Shown here one piece after another: positions 17,592 through 25,837 of a stretch of DNA of 64,000 bases (positions are counted from its first letter, which is position 1; every line of letters starts with the position of its first letter). Location of the stretch: assembly GCA_037442635.1 (NCBI GenBank), contig JBBIPV010000011.1, positions 11,636 to 75,635 on the forward strand, in the 5' to 3' direction. The notes beneath the pieces were generated by a model that worked only from the letters and a program-made list of their open reading frames with translations, was not told where the DNA came from and did no database searches. Both the position numbers and the translations under genes were made by a program. The DNA comes from Terriglobales bacterium (lineage in GTDB: Bacteria; Acidobacteriota; Terriglobia; Terriglobales; Acidobacteriaceae).

Positions 17592-17827
17592 TCCGTTACT
17601 ACTGGAAATCACATTGTGCCGCACCAGGTTGCTATTGCTGTAAATGTCAGTCCCGTCATTAACGGGCGTGCTGAAAATCTTGTTTTCGATCGAGATGCTA
17701 TTGTTCGAGTTGGCGTACACGCAAGTTCCTACCTCCGACGCGCGGACGTGCTCCCACTGGGTAGGAACTTGCTTGACAATGGCGCTGGGGCCCGAGAAAA
17801 TCGGGCAGTACCGTTCCCCCGCCCCGT
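17592..17827 (-). pseudogene. possible relic of a parallel beta-helix repeat protein gene
   Basis: Minus-strand frame without start context: ...IFSGPSAIVKQ...VYANSNNSISIENKIFSTPVNDGTDIYSNSNLVRHNVISSSNG. This resembles PbH1-type repeats and then degenerates into Arg/Gly-rich nonsense. Confidence 0.2.
17773..17801 (+). promoter_or_regulatory. sigma-70-like promoter candidate for the beta-propeller gene
   Basis: TTGACA (17773-78), 17-nt spacer, GAAAAT (17796-801), about 50 nt upstream of the ATG at 17851. Confidence 0.25.
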
Positions 17828-17850
17828 AAGCTCACCGGAAATGAGGAAGC

Positions 17851-19602
17851 ATGAGAAGACATTACGCCGCTCCCGCGATCTCTCTGCTGCTGGTCCTTTC
17901 CCTAACGGGATTGGCTGCCCAGTCGAGCAATATGCTCACCTGGCATAATGACAACTGGCGTTCCGGGGCCAACACGGCGGAGAAGATTCTGACCACCACG
18001 AATGTCACCAGTTCGTTGTTCGGAAAGATCTGCTCGGCGCCAACGGACGGGGCGGTCAATGCCCAGCCTCTGATCGTTACGGGTGTTCCGTTTACCGTTA
18101 GCGGCGTTTCCACGACGCATGACGTGGCCTACGTCGCCACGGAGAATGACACTCTCTATGCCTTTGACGCCAATAACTGTGCGCTGTTGAATTCGGTGAG
18201 CATGGTGCCCATGGTAAGTGGGTGCAGCGCTGGCGTGACGTGCGAGCAGCCGGTAGATTGCCACTACATAGGTGGAGGCGGATGCAAAACCGTTGCCCCC
18301 ACGGTGGGAATCCTCAGCACGCCGGTAATTGACGCGGTTGCTGGCGCCGGTGGGACAACCGGCACGCTCTACCTGGTCGCAGAAACTCAAGTTGGCGCGG
18401 GTAAGAAGATTTCCACCTGGAAGCACAGAATTCACGCGCTGGACATCACAACCCTGGCCGAGAAAACCGGCTCGCCCGCCGTCATTCAGGGAAGTGCTGG
18501 GACGGTCACCTTTATCTCGCAGAGGCAGATCCAGCGTCCCGGTCTTCTGTTGCTGAAAAATGCTGGCCCCAATGGCGACAGCATGGTGTACGCTGCCTTC
18601 TCCCTGATGGATGGGACGCCGGCAAAGCTTGGACTGAAGCCGCCCGGCTGGATTGTTGGTTATGATGCAACCAATCTCAGCGCGCAGCCTGCTGGTTTGC
18701 CTTACGTCTTCAGCAGCACGCCCAACGGCACTGGGCCTGGTGGTCCAGGAGGAGGCATTTGGCAGGCAGGCGCCGGACTGGCTGCGGGTCTTGGTTCTGC
18801 AACCGACCCGACCACCTACATTTATGTGGGGACGGGCGACGGCACCTGGGATGCTGGCAGCGGCGGCAGTGATTATGCTGACAGTTTCATCAAGCTGACC
18901 CCGGCCCTGCAAGTGGCGGGGTTCTTCACCCGATACAACGAACCGATGTATGCCGCAGCCGACATTGACTTCGGTTCCGGGGGCGTGATGTTGGTGCCCG
19001 ACAAAACCATTCCCAGCCGCCCCTACATTTCCATCAACGCCGGCAAAGACGGAAACGTCTATGTGATCGACCGTGGGGCGCCCGGTGGTTACAACGGGAT
19101 CAGCAATACAAGCGTTGAGACCGTCGCCGGAGCGTATCCCTTTATCAGTACGCCGGCCTTCTGCAACGGATACCTGTATGACGCCGTGCTCGGCGGCGCT
19201 TTAAAGTCGTGGCGCGTAAGTGCGTCCTGCAACCCTGGCCCGGTATGCGCGTCCGGCGTACGCTCTACCAGGGAGAAGTTCGCCTTCGGCACAACCCCAT
19301 CGGTCTCGTCGAACGGAACCGCGGCTGGAACCGGGATCGTGTGGGCGGTTGCGTCGCCGAATCAGGCCACCGGAGGCTCGGCAGCCGTTCTGTATGCCTT
19401 CGACGCCCTCAATCTCACCGAACTCTATGACACGACTCAGTGCGCCACGCAGGACATGCCCGGCCTGGGAGTGAAGTTCACCGTGCCCGCCGTAGTTAAC
19501 GGCAAAGTGTACATCGGCACGCAAGGCGAGATGGATGTGTACGGAGAATTGCCGGCTTCGCGATCGTGTTTGTTCGGTCGCGAACTGGCGAACAGGAACT
19601 AG
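17851..19602 (+). CDS. secreted PQQ-like / beta-propeller repeat protein
   Basis: Signal peptide MRRHYAAPAISLLLVLSLTGLAAQ. Repeated motifs such as VYVATENDTLYAFD, TLYLVAE, YIYVGTGDG and KVYIGTQ are typical of propeller blades. Confidence 0.65.
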   Translation: MRRHYAAPAISLLLVLSLTGLAAQSSNMLTWHNDNWRSGANTAEKILTTTNVTSSLFGKICSAPTDGAVNAQPLIVTGVPFTVSGVSTTHDVAYVATENDTLYAFDANNCALLNSVSMVPMVSGCSAGVTCEQPVDCHYIGGGGCKTVAPTVGILSTPVIDAVAGAGGTTGTLYLVAETQVGAGKKISTWKHRIHALDITTLAEKTGSPAVIQGSAGTVTFISQRQIQRPGLLLLKNAGPNGDSMVYAAFSLMDGTPAKLGLKPPGWIVGYDATNLSAQPAGLPYVFSSTPNGTGPGGPGGGIWQAGAGLAAGLGSATDPTTYIYVGTGDGTWDAGSGGSDYADSFIKLTPALQVAGFFTRYNEPMYAAADIDFGSGGVMLVPDKTIPSRPYISINAGKDGNVYVIDRGAPGGYNGISNTSVETVAGAYPFISTPAFCNGYLYDAVLGGALKSWRVSASCNPGPVCASGVRSTREKFAFGTTPSVSSNGTAAGTGIVWAVASPNQATGGSAAVLYAFDALNLTELYDTTQCATQDMPGLGVKFTVPAVVNGKVYIGTQGEMDVYGELPASRSCLFGRELANRN

Positions 19603-19714
19603 CAACCAGACGGTACTCTCAGAACAATGGCGCGGGCTCGTTCAAAAAGTTCCCGCACCGCCAAGACTACTGCCTCGTCGCTTTACTGCTTGCCGACAAC
19701 TGTCGTTAACAGGC

Positions 19715-19731
19715 GATTACGCTCATTAACC
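19715..19731 (-). repeat. inverted partial copy of the 43-nt element
   Basis: gattacgctcattaacc is the reverse complement (16/17) of ggtcaatgagcgtaatc at 19839-19855. Confidence 0.75.
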
Positions 19732-19758
19732 CTACCAAGAAACACCCCAAAAGCCTAA

Positions 19759-19793
19759 CCCTGTTACCCTGACCCTGTTACCCTGACCCTCCT
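19759..19793. repeat. heptamer-phased tandem repeat (14-nt unit ccctgttaccctga x2, plus a degenerate unit)
   Basis: ccctgtt accctga ccctgtt accctga ccctcct. Confidence 0.85.
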
Positions 19794-19812
19794 GTCGTTC
19801 TCACCTTCGCGC

Positions 19813-19865
19813 TAGACCGCACAGCCCCCTTCAGACACGGTCAATGAGCGTAATCAGTATGTTAC
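19813..19865 (+). repeat. copy 2 of the 43/53-nt repeated element
   Basis: See copy 1. This copy ends 107 nt upstream of the ATG at 19972. Confidence 0.9.
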
Positions 19866-19928
19866 AAGAATGGTCGCGACTTCATCTTCATAACTACGTT
19901 GCGGCAATCGTAAAAGCCATTGGCGAGC

Positions 19929-19934
19929 TATAAT
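19929..19934 (+). promoter_or_regulatory. perfect TATAAT box upstream of the carboxypeptidase-regulatory-like gene
   Basis: gagcTATAATttgc lies 38 nt upstream of the ATG at 19972. No good -35 was found. Confidence 0.3.
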
Positions 19935-19971
19935 TTGCAACAAAGTCTCACCCGAGCATCAAGAGGTCCCG

Positions 19972-21654
19972 ATGCGGCGTTTTTTGTTCGTGCCTGCGGT
20001 TCTCGGTATCACGGCAGCGTTACTCGCCCAGAGTTCTGTTCCTTCCGACAGCAAGCTGACCGAAGATCCGACATCTGCACCCTGCGCAGTAACAGGTCGA
20101 GTGGTCACGGCGACGGAAGGTAATCCCTTGAAATCAGCTCGCGTTTCGCTTATTCCCGAGCATACCCGCTCGCATAATCAGGTCTACGCCACTTCGTCGG
20201 ATGCTGATGGCCATTTCATCCTAAAAGACGTTCCGCCCGGTCGTTACCGATTTCTCGCAGCCCACGCCGGCTTCGTAGAACAGCACTACAAGGCGGGAAT
20301 TAACGATACTGGCCCGCTCTTCTCACTCAGATCCGGCGAGAAGGTCAGCAACGTTCTATTTCGTCTGGTCACGGCCGCCGTTATCACGGGCCGCGTGAGC
20401 AACGAAGACGGCGACCCCATGCAGCGCGTCGAGGTCGTTGCCCTGCGTCGGCCAACTGAAGAGGAGATCGAAGATATCGACGCGCCTCGAATGCATAAGA
20501 TTCAAATGGAACCCATCGCGTCAGCCGAATCTGACGATCGCGGGCAATATCGCATTTTCGGCCTCAAGCCGGGCGAGTATTTTGTCAAAGCTGAAGATTC
20601 GTTTCGACCACCCGGCGGGTCTGTCCCGGTGGACGAAAATTACTGGCTAACGGAATCGCTCGGCAGCGAGTACGGCTCTGTGTATTACCCCGGTGCCACC
20701 CAAGTTTCTCAGGCGCAAGTCGTACCGATCAAAGCTGGTGAAGAAGCGCAAGCTGATATCACGATGCGCCGAGTTAAGACTATCGAAATTGTTGGACGAG
20801 TGATCGGCCCAACGGGCCCGGCTGCAAACACCTTCATCCGTTTAGAGCCAGCCGATGGTGGCGGATCCGATTTTAGTCGCCAAGACACAACCGACGAAAA
20901 AGGTAACTTTCGTCTTCGCAACATACCCGAGGGCACTTACTACATTCTTGTTTATCAAAGGCAGGAGGGAACCCGAGTTTACGAGTCGCGGGCGCGGCAT
21001 AAGGTTGAAGTCACGGGCGACAATATCGATGCCCTGACCATCTCTCTCAGTACGGGCGTCACAATTCAAGGCAGACTCAAAATCGAAGGCTCAGGTTCAG
21101 TTGCACTCGACAGACTTCGGTTGGCACTGATGCCTGTCGAAGAAGACGGGCAATTGGGCGGACATAGCGAAGTGAAAAAGGATGGAAGCTTCGAGTTCAA
21201 TTCGGTCTACGATGGTAGTTATGCAATCACTGTTTGGGGGCTGGAGCGTGATGCGTATGTCAAATCAGCGAGGCGGGGCCCCGATGATTTATTTGAAAAA
21301 GGCGTGCAAGTGGACGGAAGCTCCTCTGGAAAGATCGAGGTAGCGCTCAGCTCCGATGGCGCACAATTGGAGGGTTCCGTCAGCGATGATGATGGTCCGG
21401 TGATCGGCGCACGTGTGCGGCTAGTGCCTGATCCGTTGACTCCCTACAATCACCTCCGCATCCAACGTAGTACGACAGATCAATTGGGTCATTTCTCCCT
21501 GACTGATATCGCACCCGGAAAATACAAGCTAAGTGCGAGACCCATGGCGTCGTCCGAAACCGCCGCGTACAAGTCAGAGCCGCAAGCCATTGCGCTTTCT
21601 GAAAACGATCACAAGACGACGCAGATCAAACTTGAGAAACCACCACAGGAATAA
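19972..21654 (+). CDS. carboxypeptidase regulatory-like domain (CarboxypepD_reg) repeat protein, secreted
   Basis: Signal peptide, with repeated modules such as GRVVTATEGNPLKSARVSL...DGHFILKDVPPGRYRF and GRVIGP...GNFRLRNIPEGTYYI. Confidence 0.8.
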   Translation: MRRFLFVPAVLGITAALLAQSSVPSDSKLTEDPTSAPCAVTGRVVTATEGNPLKSARVSLIPEHTRSHNQVYATSSDADGHFILKDVPPGRYRFLAAHAGFVEQHYKAGINDTGPLFSLRSGEKVSNVLFRLVTAAVITGRVSNEDGDPMQRVEVVALRRPTEEEIEDIDAPRMHKIQMEPIASAESDDRGQYRIFGLKPGEYFVKAEDSFRPPGGSVPVDENYWLTESLGSEYGSVYYPGATQVSQAQVVPIKAGEEAQADITMRRVKTIEIVGRVIGPTGPAANTFIRLEPADGGGSDFSRQDTTDEKGNFRLRNIPEGTYYILVYQRQEGTRVYESRARHKVEVTGDNIDALTISLSTGVTIQGRLKIEGSGSVALDRLRLALMPVEEDGQLGGHSEVKKDGSFEFNSVYDGSYAITVWGLERDAYVKSARRGPDDLFEKGVQVDGSSSGKIEVALSSDGAQLEGSVSDDDGPVIGARVRLVPDPLTPYNHLRIQRSTTDQLGHFSLTDIAPGKYKLSARPMASSETAAYKSEPQAIALSENDHKTTQIKLEKPPQE

Positions 21655-21703
21655 GCCGTCCTTAACCATTACACTCAAAACTGACCCCGAAAGGACCTCA
21701 AGG

Positions 21704-22156
21704 CTACCCGCTGATCCTTATCCTCCGCCCGTTCTCGCCCACCCGCTCCAGCACAATTTCCACATCCCGCTCCTGCAACAGCCGCGGGAACTTCTCTCCC
21801 CACTCGATCAGCAGAACGCTGTTCTCGTCGCGCAGGTCGTCCAGGCCGAGCGTTTCCAGTTCGCGCGGCGTGTCCACGCGGTAAAGGTCAATGTGGAACA
21901 AGTTGACGCGCGGCCCGCGGTACTCATGCACCAGCGTGAAGGTGGGGCTGGTGACGTCTTCTTCCGCGGCGGCTTCAAACGCGGCCGCGATGCCCTTGAC
22001 CAGCGTGGTTTTGCCCGCGCCCAGATCGCCGCGCAACAGCACCAGCTTGGGCGGTGCGAGCAGGTCGGTCAGCGTACGACCGAAGGCGATCGTCTCCTCG
22101 GCGGAGTGGGTCGTGATCTCGAGGAGGATTGGGCTGGTTTTGGTCAGTCCAGGCAC
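21704..22156 (-). CDS. tsaE: tRNA threonylcarbamoyladenosine biosynthesis protein TsaE
   Basis: 150 aa. P-loop GDLGAGKTTLVKGIA and HIDLYR motif. GTG start. Confidence 0.85.
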   Translation of the reverse strand: MPGLTKTSPILLEITTHSAEETIAFGRTLTDLLAPPKLVLLRGDLGAGKTTLVKGIAAAFEAAAEEDVTSPTFTLVHEYRGPRVNLFHIDLYRVDTPRELETLGLDDLRDENSVLLIEWGEKFPRLLQERDVEIVLERVGENGRRIRISG

Positions 22157-22242
22157 GCCATTAGTATAAGACCCGGCGAAATCGGGAAGGGCTCGGAAGA
22201 AGGCTGTTGCAGGGTTCGAAATGCTTGGGCCGCCGTGGAAGA

Positions 22243-22433
22243 GCGGCGCTTCAGGGCCGCCTTAAGGCGTGAGAATTTGCAGCCCTTCAGGGCTGGTGGT
22301 CGTCTTTCGCGGCCAGAGGAACGGTTTACCAGGGCTAAAGCCCTGGCGCCAGGAAATCGCCGGACGCGGCGCTGAAGCGCCGCTCTTCCACCGGGAAGCT
22401 CGCTTGGCTCGCTGGACAGCCGAGGCGGCTGTC
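22243..22433. repeat. cluster of REP-like GC-rich tetraloop hairpins
   Basis: Hairpins at 22243-60, 22280-95 (cagccc TTCA gggctg), 22329-46 (ccagggc TAAA gccctgg), 22366-83 (gcggcgc TGAA gcgccgc) and 22415-33. Confidence 0.7.
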
Positions 22434-22447
22434 TCCACATGCTTCGG

Positions 22448-22834
22448 CTAATGCATGTCGAAGGCGCTCGACTTCAGTCCCATCAGATGCCGCTCGGCGA
22501 CGTGGTCGAGCGAGGTGCGCAGGCGGCGGTTGTCTTCGTCCTCAATGGCCACGAAGCGGAACGGCTGCAGCACGCCGTCGGTCGTCTTCCGCATCGGGCT
22601 GAGGACTTCCGCCATCCCGTGCACCGGTCCGGCCTGGGTTTGAAACGCGACTTCGACAAAGTCGCCCGCCCCCAGCGATTGCGCCAGGCGCAGCAGGCCG
22701 CCCGTCACGGAGATGGTTTGCAGTTTAGCTTTTGTGCGCCGGCCGTCTTCTAGCCGGATCGCAGCCAGGACGGAATCTCCCAGCTGGATCCGGGCCGCGC
22801 GCCGCGAAGGGTGCGGTTGGGGGAAGTAGGTCAT
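22448..22834 (-). CDS. PilZ-domain protein
   Basis: The ATG at 22834 gives MTYFPQPHPSRRAARIQL... (RxxxR-like) followed by VTGGLLRL (D/NxSxxG-like). The longer ORF to 23020 has no support. Confidence 0.6.
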   Translation of the reverse strand: MTYFPQPHPSRRAARIQLGDSVLAAIRLEDGRRTKAKLQTISVTGGLLRLAQSLGAGDFVEVAFQTQAGPVHGMAEVLSPMRKTTDGVLQPFRFVAIEDEDNRRLRTSLDHVAERHLMGLKSSAFDMH

Positions 22835-23074
22835 AAAGGCAACTGCACTATGGCACCGTCCAGTGTTGCGTAATAGATTACTGAAGCCCCTCGTCCGGAT
22901 TCCTCTCTGGGAGCCTGGACTGAAGGTGCTGATGTCTTGCGACGTGAGGCAGTTAGCGGGTGTTAACTGATTGGATAATGTCCGGCAGGACAGTCGGGTG
23001 ACACGATCTCTCTCTGCCACGCCGTTGCGATTTACTATGTCTGACTACTGGCTCTGACTGCCCGGAGGACTCTC

Positions 23075-24196
23075 ATGTATCGGATCGCGCCTCTCGCTTT
23101 GCTCTCGATATTCTTCACCACGACACTCTCGTTCGGGCAGGCTTCACCTTCCCAGATGCACCCGCCGCTGCGCGTGGGCATTGTCGGCCTGGTTCACGGA
23201 CATGTGCACGGATTTCTTGACCAGTCGCGGCACAGTTCTGAGATTGAGATCGTCGGGGTGACCGAGCCGGATCAGCGCCTGCTCTCGCAGGCGGCGTCGC
23301 GCTATGGCTTCGACCGCTCGCAGTTGTTCACGGATTTGGAGGACATGCTGGCCAAGCTGCATCCGCAGGCCGTTCTGGTTTACACCAGCACGTTCGATCA
23401 TCGCCGCGTGGTGGAAATCTGCGCGCGGCGCGGCGTTCACGTCATGATGGAAAAGCCGCTGGCAGTCAGCCTGGGCGACGCTCTCGCCATCGAGAAGGCC
23501 GCGCACGAAGGCAAGATTCAAGTGCTGGTGAACTACGAGACATCCTGGTATCGCAGCAACCACGCCGCATACGATCTGGTGCATGACGGAGCGCTGGGCG
23601 AGATTCGCAAAGTCGTGGTGCACGACGGCCACTACGGGCCGAAGGAAATCGGCGTTGAACCGGAGTTCCTGGCCTGGCTGACCGATCCCAAACTCAATGG
23701 CGGCGGCGCGCTGTTCGACTTCGGCTGCTACGGCGCCGACCTGATGACCTGGCTGATGGACGGACAGCGGCCACTCGCAGTCACCGCCGTGACCCAGCAG
23801 ATCAAGCCGCAGATTTATTCGCGAGTGGACGACGAAGCCACGATCATCCTGACCTATCCAAGGGCGCAAGCCATCCTGCAGGCCTCATGGAACTGGCCGT
23901 TTGACCGCAAAGATATGGAAGTGTACGGGCAGAGCGGCTACGTCATCACGGCGAAGCGCGACGACATTCGCGTGCGCCACGGCGGAAGTGAGAGTCATGA
24001 AGAGCAACTCGCGGCGAAACCTGTTCCGGCTCCCTATGACAATTCGCTGTCGTACATTCGCGCGGTGGTGATGGACGGCGCCAAGCCGGATGCACTGTCG
24101 TCGCTCGAAACGAACGTCGCGGTGACCGAGATCCTCGAAGCCGCGCGGCGTTCGGCAGCGGAAGGGAAGACGATTCTGCTGCCAGCAAACAGATAG
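23075..24196 (+). CDS. Gfo/Idh/MocA family oxidoreductase with signal peptide
   Basis: LRVGIVGLVHGHVHGF Rossmann start and an EKPLA motif (MMEKPLAVS). Confidence 0.85.
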   Translation: MYRIAPLALLSIFFTTTLSFGQASPSQMHPPLRVGIVGLVHGHVHGFLDQSRHSSEIEIVGVTEPDQRLLSQAASRYGFDRSQLFTDLEDMLAKLHPQAVLVYTSTFDHRRVVEICARRGVHVMMEKPLAVSLGDALAIEKAAHEGKIQVLVNYETSWYRSNHAAYDLVHDGALGEIRKVVVHDGHYGPKEIGVEPEFLAWLTDPKLNGGGALFDFGCYGADLMTWLMDGQRPLAVTAVTQQIKPQIYSRVDDEATIILTYPRAQAILQASWNWPFDRKDMEVYGQSGYVITAKRDDIRVRHGGSESHEEQLAAKPVPAPYDNSLSYIRAVVMDGAKPDALSSLETNVAVTEILEAARRSAAEGKTILLPANR

Positions 24197-24216
24197 AGAA
24201 TTGTAGGGGCGAGCAC

Positions 24217-25812
24217 TCACCCATCCCAGCGCGCGAACTTCTCACGCGCGGTTCTCTGCACTCGCCAGAAAGCCTCGGGCAGGCCATGCAGCAGGTCGGT
24301 CGCCACCATCGCCTGCTCGCCCATGGTCTCGCGCATCACGTCGCCGGCCAGGCCATGCAGATGCACGGCGGCGCAGACCGCCAGCATCGCATCGTTTGGA
24401 TTCTGCGCGATCTTTTCTTGTGCGATCATGGCGGCCACCATTCCGGTCAGGATATCGCCCGTGCCTCCCGTAGCCATGCCGGGATTGCCCGTTGTATTCA
24501 CCCACGCTTCGCCATCCGGCGGCACCACCAGCGTGCGATGTCCCTTGAGCACGACCACGACCTCGTGCTCCTGCGCGAACTTGCGCGCCACGCCCAGGCG
24601 ATCTTTCTGCACGTCGGCGGTCGAACTGGCCGCCAGTCGCGCCATTTCACCCGGATGGGGAGTGATGACGAGCAGCCTTCCCTTGCCGCTCAACTCGCCG
24701 GTGCGCCCTTCAAACGCATTCAAGCCGTCGGCGTCCAGCACGAGCGGAATCTCCGTCTTTGCCACCAGTCTGCGGACCAGGCTCGCCGTGTCCGCATCGC
24801 GTGAAATGCCGGGGCCAATCGCCAGCACGCTCTTCCCTTTCGCCAGCTGAGCAAGCCGTTCATTCGCTTCGGAGGAGATGGTTCCTGCTGTGGTTTCAGT
24901 CAACGGCTCGGTCATCACCTCGGGATGAAAACCTGCGACGGTCGAGAGGACCGACTTTGGCGTTGCCACCGTGGCCAGCCCGGCTCCTGCCCGCAACGCC
25001 GACATGCCGGCCATGGCCGCGGCGCCGGCCTTGCCCACCGACCCGCCGACCACCAGCACGTGCCCGTAGTTGCCTTTATTCGATTCCGCCGGCCGCGGAT
25101 CGAGCAGCGGTGCGAAGTCGCGCGCGGTGATCACATTCAAATGCAGGGCGGAAACGATCGCCTCTTCCGGCGACCCGATGCCCGCGACATAAGTCGAACC
25201 GTCGGTGAGCAAACTGAAAACATGCGCCGGGCGAGCCGCCGTGAAGGTCACGATGGAATCGGCTCGCGCGATGATTCCCTTCTGCGGGTCATTTTGAGGA
25301 AACATCGCATCGGCATCGGCTCCCGAAGGGATGTCCACCGCGAGCACGGGCGCCTGCGCTGCATTCAGCATCGCGATCGCATCGGCGTAAAGCCCGGTCA
25401 CCGGCGGCTTGAATCCGGTGCCGAGAATGGCGTCGAGATACAAATCCGCGGGAAACGAGAGCCGCACGCGATCGCTCTTTAACTCATCGCTCGAGTGCAC
25501 CACGATGGCCGCCACCGGCAGCTTGCTGTACATCACGGCGGCGTCGCCCTTCAGTTCCGCCGGATCGGCCAACAGGATAACCTGGATCGTTTTCCCTTTC
25601 TGATGCAGCCGGCGAGCGGCGACAAAGCCATCGCCGCCGTTGTTGCCCTTGCCGCAAACCACGACCACCTTCCGGACGGCGCTGTGATGCAGAAGCACAT
25701 GCTCGGCCACCGCGGCGCCGGCGTTTTCCATGAGCGTGAGCGAGGGGACGCCGAAGCGCTCGCTGGTGGCGCGGTCAATTTCGCGCATTTCCGCTGCGGT
25801 CACGATTTTCAT
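24217..25812 (-). CDS. nnr: bifunctional NAD(P)H-hydrate epimerase / ADP-dependent dehydratase (Nnr)
   Basis: The ATG at 25812 gives MKIVTAAEMREIDR (YjeF_N). GKGNNGGDGFV motif. The C-terminal kinase-like half has GGSVGKAGAAAMAG and GTGDILTG. Confidence 0.85.
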   Translation of the reverse strand: MKIVTAAEMREIDRATSERFGVPSLTLMENAGAAVAEHVLLHHSAVRKVVVVCGKGNNGGDGFVAARRLHQKGKTIQVILLADPAELKGDAAVMYSKLPVAAIVVHSSDELKSDRVRLSFPADLYLDAILGTGFKPPVTGLYADAIAMLNAAQAPVLAVDIPSGADADAMFPQNDPQKGIIARADSIVTFTAARPAHVFSLLTDGSTYVAGIGSPEEAIVSALHLNVITARDFAPLLDPRPAESNKGNYGHVLVVGGSVGKAGAAAMAGMSALRAGAGLATVATPKSVLSTVAGFHPEVMTEPLTETTAGTISSEANERLAQLAKGKSVLAIGPGISRDADTASLVRRLVAKTEIPLVLDADGLNAFEGRTGELSGKGRLLVITPHPGEMARLAASSTADVQKDRLGVARKFAQEHEVVVVLKGHRTLVVPPDGEAWVNTTGNPGMATGGTGDILTGMVAAMIAQEKIAQNPNDAMLAVCAAVHLHGLAGDVMRETMGEQAMVATDLLHGLPEAFWRVQRTAREKFARWDG

Positions 25813-25837
25813 GCAACGCCGGCTTTCGAGAAGGCTT

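Noticed and set aside
19921-19939. Sigma-54 promoter-like TGGC...TTGCA upstream of the carboxypeptidase-regulatory-like gene. A TGGCAC at about 6793 on the minus strand was also considered.
   Set aside because: The GG-to-GC spacing at 19921 is 3 nt too long. At 6793 the -12 element is GAAC, not TTGC. No convincing -24/-12 promoter was found anywhere in the window despite two NtrC-type activators.
22144-22440. 98-aa and 60-aa ORFs across the tsaE-PilZ spacer.
   Set aside because: They are translations of the REP-like hairpin cluster, giving peptides of the ...LKAALKRR... type, and are not genes.
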